The notes below the pieces were generated by a model. It was not told the origin of the DNA, did not search any database, and saw only the letters and a list, made by a program, of their open reading frames with translations. 34,768 bases of DNA from a virus (taxonomy: Duplodnaviria; Caudoviricetes), in the IMG/VR virus record IMGVR_UViG_3300025600_000039, positions 1-34,768 of that record; one strand, 5' to 3'. Below are positions 27,169 to 34,768 of the stretch, in pieces (the stretch's first letter is position 1; every line of letters starts with the position of its first letter). A program made the translations under genes and the position numbers.

Positions 27169-28164
27169 TTAGCTAAATCTGTATAGTCCGAATTGACCTT
27201 CAACAGCAGTAATAGCAGCAGCACCGACTTTTCTTGAAAAGAAGATTTCTGGTTGCATATCATTTCTGTTTGTGCCGTCATTCATGTTTACAAAAGCATC
27301 GCCCTCAAGAATAACCTTGATGATTTTTTCGTCAGCAGGAACTATTGTAAGACCATTAGCACCAACTGCAAGAGTTTGTGTACCAACTCTATAACCTTGT
27401 GGCAATGAAATAAGATCAGTACCTCTAAATGTACCATAATAGCCCAAGCTATTTACAGAATCTTTGGCTTTATCAGAATATCCAAAACTGTCAACTACTT
27501 TGGAAAGTGCAGTCGTGTTACCCAAAATTTGAACTCTTTCTGCACCTGAAGCAGCCTTAACATTTTCAATGATACCTGTTAAAGTAGTGGCATCAAACAC
27601 ACCTGTAGCTTTAAAAGGAGTTCCTACTGAACTATATGAACCATAGATAGTGTCAGAAATTAATTCACCCATATAAGCAGCCATTGAAACTGAAGCCTTT
27701 TCAGTCAAACGAGCCATATCCATTCTACCAGTGATAAAGTTGTCAAGTTCCTCATAGAATTTGATAGCCTTAGTGATCGTAGGAATAGAGAAATTCTTGT
27801 CTACAATCTTGAGTCTTTCAATGTCACCATTGCCTCTTGAAACTGTGCAAGTTTGATATACTGTATTATCTTCGATTGTAAAGTAGTTCTTGTCACCAAG
27901 AGCAGTATCTTTGAAATCTGCGAAGCCGTCAAACTTACCAGCCAAAGATGTGTTCATTGCAACAGGCATAATTTCTGCCATAATAGCAAATACCTTATAT
28001 CTGTTCTCCATAAACTTGTAATAGTTCCACTCGCCACCGCAAGCATCTTTAACTGCATTTCTTACAGCTTCGTTTATTGATTCTTTTGTGTATCCTTCTG
28101 GTGCAAGACCATTAGCAGCATCAAATGCTAATTTTTGAATATCAGTAAAAACCATTGTATTCAT
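27169..28164 (-). CDS. Major capsid protein
   Basis: 331 aa with strong AGGAGG RBS, followed by a terminator; located after the protease/scaffold and small head gene; GYYGTFRGTDLI-type C-terminal motif. Confidence 0.8.
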   Translation of the reverse strand: MNTMVFTDIQKLAFDAANGLAPEGYTKESINEAVRNAVKDACGGEWNYYKFMENRYKVFAIMAEIMPVAMNTSLAGKFDGFADFKDTALGDKNYFTIEDNTVYQTCTVSRGNGDIERLKIVDKNFSIPTITKAIKFYEELDNFITGRMDMARLTEKASVSMAAYMGELISDTIYGSYSSVGTPFKATGVFDATTLTGIIENVKAASGAERVQILGNTTALSKVVDSFGYSDKAKDSVNSLGYYGTFRGTDLISLPQGYRVGTQTLAVGANGLTIVPADEKIIKVILEGDAFVNMNDGTNRNDMQPEIFFSRKVGAAAITAVEGQFGLYRFS

Positions 28165-28200
28165 TTTTGAATCCTCCTAATTATTATTTTGTTTATTTAC

Positions 28201-28674
28201 TTACGCTACTTTAATGCAACGAATTTTAACCATTGGGATACCAGCCTTTGTGTACAGTTCATCAATTACATAACCAACTGATTCTGTTCCACCAAGAGCA
28301 GCAAGACATTCACCTTTTAAAGCACCGGCTTTAGGTACGATGAACTTAGCAACTGCCAAAGCAACTGTTGCGGTAAAGTTTGCAACTGGATATGATTCAA
28401 CATCTCCAAGTTCAGGAGTTCTTGAGCGAACTACTTCACCAGTGGCGATTACATAGTCATTCTCGAATAATTCTGCTTCATAAGGTACACCAATCATACA
28501 TACAATTTGGATACCCTTGTCTGTAACTGCAACTGGAGCAGCAGTAGCATAAGTTTTGTCAGCATTTTGTGCGCCAAGTGATACGAAATTACCATTGGTC
28601 AATCCAGCAGGTGCTACACAGTCTGTATAGTGAGCTGTGCCTTTAATTTTGTTTCCTATAAATAAATTAGCCAT
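28201..28674 (-). CDS. Putative capsid decoration/accessory protein
   Basis: Ala/Val-rich 157-aa protein with strong RBS immediately before the major capsid gene. Confidence 0.6.
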   Translation of the reverse strand: MANLFIGNKIKGTAHYTDCVAPAGLTNGNFVSLGAQNADKTYATAAPVAVTDKGIQIVCMIGVPYEAELFENDYVIATGEVVRSRTPELGDVESYPVANFTATVALAVAKFIVPKAGALKGECLAALGGTESVGYVIDELYTKAGIPMVKIRCIKVA

Positions 28675-28712
28675 TTAAATATTCCTCCTGTTTTAAATTT
28701 GTTTTTGTATAT

Positions 28713-28738
28713 AAAAAATGACAGCCTTTTACTGTCAT
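28713..28738 (-). terminator. Terminator after the protease/scaffold gene
   Basis: AUGACAG-loop-CUGUCAU followed by UUUUU. Confidence 0.7.
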
Positions 28739-28740
28739 GT

Positions 28741-30135
28741 TTATAGTGTTTTCTTTGGGATAAATTTTTCTGCACTTCCATAAGCACTTGGAGTAGTTAC
28801 TTCAATTTCAGGTTCAATACTAACTTTGCTTGTAAAAGTTTGTTTTTTTACAGTTTTAGTGAATTTTGTATGATTTAACATACCTTCAATTGCAAATAAT
28901 TCTTTACGTAAATCTTCATATTCATAATCTAAATATTTTACTTTTAAGAGTTTAAATTCTTCTGAATCTTTTAAAGTAAGTTCAAATTCAGCTAATAATT
29001 CATCTAATTCAGATACTTTATTTTCTAATTCGATTTTAGATTTGAATGATTGAAGTTCAGTAATTGTGACATTATTACTTTCAATAGATAGTTTATAATC
29101 TTCAATTTCTGTAAGCAAATTATGTTTTTCAAGTTGTAATGCTTCAAAATCAGCAGTCATTTTCATTCTATCATCTTGAATTTTTTGATTTTCTTCCATT
29201 GTGAGCCAAGTCATAATCATCATTTCAAATTCAGATGTTAATGTTGCAGTTAAATTAGATAAATCTATTGTATAAGAAAATCTTCCGCAATCACAATTAT
29301 CATCATCCATTGACCAATGATATCTTTCAACAAATACATATTCATCATCAAAATCAGAAACATAATAATTAGTACATTCAATTAGATTATCATTTTCATC
29401 CATAACTCTAATTGGATCAAGTGCATTTTGTAATGCTTCTCTTTTTTGACGATATGTAGCTGAGAAAACTACTGTTTCTGCAATTGGTTCAACAATTGGA
29501 ACTACTGATTCTTCTACAACTGAAAAATTCTTATAAGATTTAAACATTTCATCCATTTCAGTTTTGATTTCATCAAGACTATATGCAACAACTTTTGATC
29601 CTTCAAAACAAGGTTCAACATCTCTTCCTAATAGACATAGAGCTGAGAACTCAAATGAGTTAATATTATAAATACTATCATCTTCTGATTGTTCGCCTTC
29701 AAAAACATTAATTTCCATAGATTGATTTGAAAATTGATTAATTGTAGTTTCTAATTCAGAATATCTACCACTCCATAAAAGTACATCGGCAACTAAATAT
29801 TCTTTATCTTCAACCATTTCCCATCTTGCATTACATGATTCTGGAACTAATCCTAGTGGTTTTGTGGTGCATTCAAAGGTAATACCTTCATCACTAATAA
29901 TTATTTTACCGCCATGAGTTCCAAAATCCTCTTTTTTTTCGATAAATTCTGCAACAATCGGTATATTATATAAAGAAGGTATGGCTTTTTCAACCACCTC
30001 TTTTGACATTGCACTTCCATTCCTATTTTGATCATGATACATAATGTAACATTTTGCTTTTGTAAATTCACTATTCAAAACTTCAAAGGTAGTGTTATCA
30101 ATATTTGCAGTATATTTAATCTTTTTATTATCCAA
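28741..30135 (-). CDS. Prohead protease/scaffold fusion
   Basis: N-domain with NRNGS, GTH, QSMEI, FSALCLLG...PCFEGS; acidic coiled-coil C-terminal half; follows the portal. Confidence 0.75.
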   Translation of the reverse strand: MDNKKIKYTANIDNTTFEVLNSEFTKAKCYIMYHDQNRNGSAMSKEVVEKAIPSLYNIPIVAEFIEKKEDFGTHGGKIIISDEGITFECTTKPLGLVPESCNARWEMVEDKEYLVADVLLWSGRYSELETTINQFSNQSMEINVFEGEQSEDDSIYNINSFEFSALCLLGRDVEPCFEGSKVVAYSLDEIKTEMDEMFKSYKNFSVVEESVVPIVEPIAETVVFSATYRQKREALQNALDPIRVMDENDNLIECTNYYVSDFDDEYVFVERYHWSMDDDNCDCGRFSYTIDLSNLTATLTSEFEMMIMTWLTMEENQKIQDDRMKMTADFEALQLEKHNLLTEIEDYKLSIESNNVTITELQSFKSKIELENKVSELDELLAEFELTLKDSEEFKLLKVKYLDYEYEDLRKELFAIEGMLNHTKFTKTVKKQTFTSKVSIEPEIEVTTPSAYGSAEKFIPKKTL

Positions 30136-30213
30136 TATCTTTTCCTCCTTCCTGAGATTTTTATATAATAAAAAAGACCGTACTATCGATCTTTGATATT
30201 TTGGGAATTGCTA

Positions 30214-30396
30214 TTAGAAAAATAATTTATTAGTCAATAGAATTTGATTTTTTGCATATTGTCCGATAAATACATCTTTACTATTTTCAAAAACATATGC
30301 TGTTTTACCTTCTATAGTGGTTATACTTATATTCTTCATTCCTTTTTGAATTAAAGAATCTGCCACTTCTTTGTCTAAGACATATAGGAATTTCAT
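30214..30396 (-). CDS. Small hypothetical protein between portal and protease
   Basis: AGAAGG RBS; fills the gap; followed by a hairpin plus U-run at about 30169-30194. Confidence 0.7.
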   Translation of the reverse strand: MKFLYVLDKEVADSLIQKGMKNISITTIEGKTAYVFENSKDVFIGQYAKNQILLTNKLFF

Positions 30397-30411
30397 TATT
30401 CTTACCTTCTT

Positions 30412-31938
30412 TTATTTGGTTTTTCCTTTAGAATCATTTACTATATTTGTGCTATCACTAGCTTTCTTTGGATCAACAGGTGGTCTACCATTCGTTGCTA
30501 AATCTCCAACTGCCATTTGTGATCCGTTCATCTTTGGAACGAGCATATCATCAAAACCAAGTAAATCTTCCATCTCTAATAAGTTTAGATATGTATATAA
30601 ATCTATATCAGTAGTAGAAACAAACAAACTCCTAGAACCACCACTAAGTAAATCAGTTCTATATTGTTCATGTTTATCTTTCTTATTAAAAATATTAATA
30701 TGTAGGAAAGATACTTGGCACTTTAAAGATTTAATTTTGTAATTTATATAATTTTGAAAGAAATAAAGTAATTGATACATTTTAGCAGCATCTTTTTCAG
30801 TTGAGTATCCTAATCCATTTGTACTATCAGAATTAAAAATAGTGCTACTAATTCCACTATCTGACATCACATTTTCACTATCTGATTTAACAATATTGAT
30901 TGAATTTTGTTGATTCTTGTCAAGTGATATACCAGTAGTTTTAAATGGAGTTGTGATAACCGATGTGCTACTACCAATATTTTCTTTTGTTGAATTATGA
31001 TAGGCTTGTATGGTATCTCTATCCATTAATGGTTTTCCACTATCTTTATCTAAAGGGACTTCTTGATGTATGGTTTTTACAGCATCATCTTTCACAAAAC
31101 TATTAAAATAAGATTTATCATCAGACAACATCATTAAATCAGTAAACATATTAATAAAATATGGATAATCATGCGCTCTCTTAGTCATATGACAAAACAA
31201 AGCAAATCCACTTTTACTAACTGGATAATATGAATAAGGAACATTTGGAAATTCATCTTCGGGAGGTCTTTTAGCCTTCTTTTTTTCTTTTGGATAATTA
31301 TGATAATCTTTATAAGCAAATTGAATTTCCTCTGGATATTCTAATAAAGTCATTGGCATTATTAAAGTCATATCTACCCAATATCTCCATAATCCATCTT
31401 CATCTATACTTGATAATACACAAATATTTTTTGGAATTTCAACAATAATTGTATTTTGGCTATCTGATAAATCATACCAAAAAGATTCTCCATTAATTAA
31501 AGCTGTTTTAAGAATATGGGGAAATACATTTTGTGGTTGTATTTTATTAATTATTTTTGCAGATGCAATTACTCGTGTTTTTAATGTAGTTTGTTGAACA
31601 TCATTTGACGTAATAGGATATAATACAAAATCAAAAGTTAATAAGTTAGTAAAATATTCAAGTATATTATCATAAACACGATTGATATTTAATATGTAAT
31701 TACTAACATTTTGCAATGTTTTAAAATTTCCTACTGGATTTTGTAATAGTTTTGAAACTTCTTCTACTGTAAATTGTTTGACAGCAATAGATGCACTTGA
31801 TGCCCAAAATGGTTGTAGTTTTGAACGTGCAAAATTAGCTTTATCAATGAAATAATCATTATCTTTTGGTACTATTATTTCTGTTTCAACCAATGGAAGT
31901 ATGGGAGGAGTTATTACTTGCTTTTTTGGTCTACCCAA
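30412..31938 (-). CDS. Portal protein
   Basis: 508 aa directly after the large terminase; AAGGAGG RBS with TTG start; C-terminal GRPP motif. Confidence 0.75.
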   Translation of the reverse strand: MGRPKKQVITPPILPLVETEIIVPKDNDYFIDKANFARSKLQPFWASSASIAVKQFTVEEVSKLLQNPVGNFKTLQNVSNYILNINRVYDNILEYFTNLLTFDFVLYPITSNDVQQTTLKTRVIASAKIINKIQPQNVFPHILKTALINGESFWYDLSDSQNTIIVEIPKNICVLSSIDEDGLWRYWVDMTLIMPMTLLEYPEEIQFAYKDYHNYPKEKKKAKRPPEDEFPNVPYSYYPVSKSGFALFCHMTKRAHDYPYFINMFTDLMMLSDDKSYFNSFVKDDAVKTIHQEVPLDKDSGKPLMDRDTIQAYHNSTKENIGSSTSVITTPFKTTGISLDKNQQNSINIVKSDSENVMSDSGISSTIFNSDSTNGLGYSTEKDAAKMYQLLYFFQNYINYKIKSLKCQVSFLHINIFNKKDKHEQYRTDLLSGGSRSLFVSTTDIDLYTYLNLLEMEDLLGFDDMLVPKMNGSQMAVGDLATNGRPPVDPKKASDSTNIVNDSKGKTK

Positions 31939-31968
31939 TAAAATGACCTCCTTTCTGTGATGAATTTA

Positions 31969-33705
31969 TTAGTTGTAAATACAAAAATCTAACCAATTAA
32001 CGTCTGATTTTTTATTACTCTTATCTTCAAATGTTTTTATATACCATGCACCGTAGGAAACGGCACTAAATCTATCTTTATCTACTCTTTTAGTTAATTG
32101 TTCAACAGTTAATTTTCCACCATTTAAATGTTTTAGTTTTAAATTAGAAACTTCTTCAATAAATAAATCTGTATTAACACATGGCATAAGTGTACTATTA
32201 AAATAATCTTTATCGTTTAAATCATAACCACTATTATTAACTTTTTCTAATAATTGTAATTTTCCACCTTCAACCATATCAATAAAATTAACAATAATAT
32301 CAGAATTAATTCCTTGTGATTGTAAAGCATAAATACATTTCTTTGCACCCTCTACGTCTGGAGTATCATCAGTATTTATTGTATCCATACATTCTAAAAT
32401 TTCACCAGAAATAGTATCAATTTGTTCTTTTAATAATTCATCTCCTAAACCCTTACCAAGACCATTGGCATCATATATCCCAACTTTAGCATTAAATAAT
32501 TTGAATATTTTCTTAAATTCAATAGCTTGTGCTGTAAAATTCAATCCAGTTTGTAAATTCATAATATTAACTAAAGCAATTGTTACTATTCTATCTTCTT
32601 TGTTTCTTTTTGCTTTTAAGACAGCAATAGATGATTGGTTATTACTTGATTTTTGAGAACGTGCTATATCCATTGCAATATAATAATCTGATTTACCGTC
32701 TGATTTAATCTCAGGTTTTGTTAAAACTCTAAGTTTTAATAATTTATTAATATCCACAAGTGCATCATTAGTAGCCCCAACCCATTTGCTTTCATAATTC
32801 ATTGCAAAAAATATTGGAGATAATGAATCTTTTTTTGTCAAAATTTGTGATTTTGTTTCACCTCTGCCATATTCACAAGCAAGTTGCCATGAAGAACCAA
32901 ATATAACCTTACCTTTTAATTCAGCCATATCGTCTAAATGTTGTAGATTTCTTTCAAATTCTGTACTACCTCTAAACCCACTCGTGGTGAAAAAGTTTAT
33001 TTGACCATTTAATTCTTCAGGATTAATCAATGCTTCTTTTCCAATTGTTCTTCTTGGAACATTAGGAATTGGCTCAAGTACGTCCATAAAAAGGTCTGAA
33101 TTTATTAAAAATGCCTCTTCCAAATTTAAACGATGCCTTCTCGCTCCTTTTGAGCTTTGTGCATTGGCTAAATTATCAACTCTTGCACCAGATGCAAAAA
33201 TAATTTCAGCAGTATCTTTAGAAAAATTAGATTTAAATATTTCATTAGCTATTAAAGGATAAAATTTAATAATTTCTCTATGTTTATCTTCTAAAAAATT
33301 TGAAGCACTTTCTTTTGTTTGAGCAGATAATGATTCAGTAAGGTCTGGATGAAATATTGCAGCATGATATAAACCTAATATTTCCAAAAATGTTTTACCA
33401 TATCCTCTTGGAAATACTCCATATGTAGAAACAAATCTCGCAAGAGAACGCAAAAAAACTCTTTGATCTAAATCTAATCTTATTCCACCTGTTTCTGGAG
33501 TTATTAAATCAAAAAATAAATCAGGAAAGAATCTTGCCCAAGATATAAATTCAACCCATTTAGATAAATTTTTATCAAAAGTATCTTCTTCTTTTATACC
33601 TTTTGCTTTTATAGTTGGAGTAAAATCAGGATTAAATATATTAGTTCTACTTTCTTTGTAGTCATATTTTTTATTATCAGATTGAAATTTACTAAATGAT
33701 GCCAT
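31969..33705 (-). CDS. Terminase large subunit (probable start ATG 33705)
   Basis: Walker A PRGYGKT, Walker B GARRHRLNLEEA, TTSG coupling motif; RNase H-like MDIAR, YDANGLG, KDRFSA. Confidence 0.92.
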   Translation of the reverse strand: MASFSKFQSDNKKYDYKESRTNIFNPDFTPTIKAKGIKEEDTFDKNLSKWVEFISWARFFPDLFFDLITPETGGIRLDLDQRVFLRSLARFVSTYGVFPRGYGKTFLEILGLYHAAIFHPDLTESLSAQTKESASNFLEDKHREIIKFYPLIANEIFKSNFSKDTAEIIFASGARVDNLANAQSSKGARRHRLNLEEAFLINSDLFMDVLEPIPNVPRRTIGKEALINPEELNGQINFFTTSGFRGSTEFERNLQHLDDMAELKGKVIFGSSWQLACEYGRGETKSQILTKKDSLSPIFFAMNYESKWVGATNDALVDINKLLKLRVLTKPEIKSDGKSDYYIAMDIARSQKSSNNQSSIAVLKAKRNKEDRIVTIALVNIMNLQTGLNFTAQAIEFKKIFKLFNAKVGIYDANGLGKGLGDELLKEQIDTISGEILECMDTINTDDTPDVEGAKKCIYALQSQGINSDIIVNFIDMVEGGKLQLLEKVNNSGYDLNDKDYFNSTLMPCVNTDLFIEEVSNLKLKHLNGGKLTVEQLTKRVDKDRFSAVSYGAWYIKTFEDKSNKKSDVNWLDFCIYN

Positions 33706-34687
33706 CGTTATCACCACTTACTATATCATCTTCAACTAATGTTCTATTTTCATAATCTTTTCTTTTTTGTTCATAAAAGTTATAAATATCTTTATATTCA
33801 CAACTTCCCAAACCTTTTAATTCTCTTACATAATTAATATAGCATAATAATGTAAAGTCAACTTTATCTTGTGGTTTTTCTCTAAATTTTGGAAGAATAG
33901 ATATTACATCAACGGCTTGTTCTACTGCTCTTGATAATTGTCCAAATCCAGTTAGTCCATCTTGTAAATCTGCTGCCGACAATTGAGAAGGATTTATTTT
34001 AGCAGATGTAGCTGCTGTTTGAGCCATAGCTGCCCAAGATTTTGCAGCACCAACATCATTTTTCGCAGTTGATATTTCTTCTTTGACACTATATCTGATA
34101 TATTTTAATAATGCCTCTGTGTGCATTGATGTTTTTTCAGGATAATTATTTTTTAAAAATTCATATTTTCTTTCAAAAGATACATATTCATCAGCATCAT
34201 ATCCTTCTCCCCACTTTAAAATTGATTCATCTGTTATAACATTCTCATTGGCTTTTAATATTTGTGCTTCTTCTCTTGTGATAGGAGTATCTGAAAAAGC
34301 AAAAGAATCAACACCATTTGTTTTTACAGTTGAGCTTAATTTACTTTTATAATATCCAAATACTTTTTCCGCTTTTATTCCTTTTGCTATTAATGATTCC
34401 ATATGACTTGTAGCAGCAATCATTGCATCTGGACTAAAACAAACATCTAAATCTTTACAAGTTAAATATAACGACTTTTCCATATTATTATGTAGTGAAA
34501 AATAATTATCGTAGATTGAAGTACAACAGTCACGACAAATACTCATAAAATTATTTGAATCTAAATTAGAATTTGTGGCTTCATAAAATTCAGTGGGTGA
34601 TTTAGTTTTCATACACTTACGACAGTAGCATTTATCATCTACTCCATATACTTTTCTAACAACTGGTTTTTTAGTGACTTTAGACAT
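33692..34687 (-). CDS. Zn-finger protein upstream of the large terminase, putative small terminase
   Basis: CRKC...CRDC N-terminus, helical C-terminal part; overlaps the large terminase start. Confidence 0.55.
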   Translation of the reverse strand: MSKVTKKPVVRKVYGVDDKCYCRKCMKTKSPTEFYEATNSNLDSNNFMSICRDCCTSIYDNYFSLHNNMEKSLYLTCKDLDVCFSPDAMIAATSHMESLIAKGIKAEKVFGYYKSKLSSTVKTNGVDSFAFSDTPITREEAQILKANENVITDESILKWGEGYDADEYVSFERKYEFLKNNYPEKTSMHTEALLKYIRYSVKEEISTAKNDVGAAKSWAAMAQTAATSAKINPSQLSAADLQDGLTGFGQLSRAVEQAVDVISILPKFREKPQDKVDFTLLCYINYVRELKGLGSCEYKDIYNFYEQKRKDYENRTLVEDDIVSGDNDGII

Positions 34688-34768
34688 AGCGATTTAATAC
34701 TCCTATCTTAATTTAATGCGTTTATATATTTCCATTTTTCTTTAAATATTCCTTATACTGTTTTAATG

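Noticed and set aside
1744-32656. Numerous 60-120 aa plus-strand or alternate-frame ORFs overlapping long genes (e.g. 1744, 3199, 6740, 11332, 13474, 18157, 20081, 26834, 30371, 32465)
   Set aside because: Shadow ORFs of well-supported genes, without RBS or recognisable motifs.

Overview
AT-rich, almost entirely minus-strand virion morphogenesis region of a large temperate siphovirus or prophage of a low-GC Firmicute, probably a spore-former. Gene order resembles SPbeta-type phages. In transcription order (right to left): Zn-finger putative small terminase, large terminase, portal, prohead protease/scaffold, head accessory protein, major capsid, head-tail proteins, major tail tube, a BppU-like/collagen/BspA-LRR adsorption-type module, and a lysis cassette (small membrane proteins, GH25 endolysin, holin). 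Next is an accessory block: 11-bp-phased parC-like repeats, ParM, ParR, a VirB2/TrbC-like pilin, a membrane protein, a HerA/VirB4/VirD4-type ATPase, three uncalled single-TM microproteins and a divergent 21-aa peptide behind a SigF-like promoter. Then RusA, two tail-associated genes and a tyrosine recombinase; a moron block (PemK/MazF-like pair, HTH regulon, free-standing Zn-finger/Vsr-like endonuclease with a structured leader, opposite-strand lipoprotein); and the tape measure gene. The two tape measure ORFs in the ORF track are one gene split by a 251-nt ORF-less group I intron (2713..2963); splicing restores a 1272-aa frame. All calls come from motif recognition and gene context; no database search was run.
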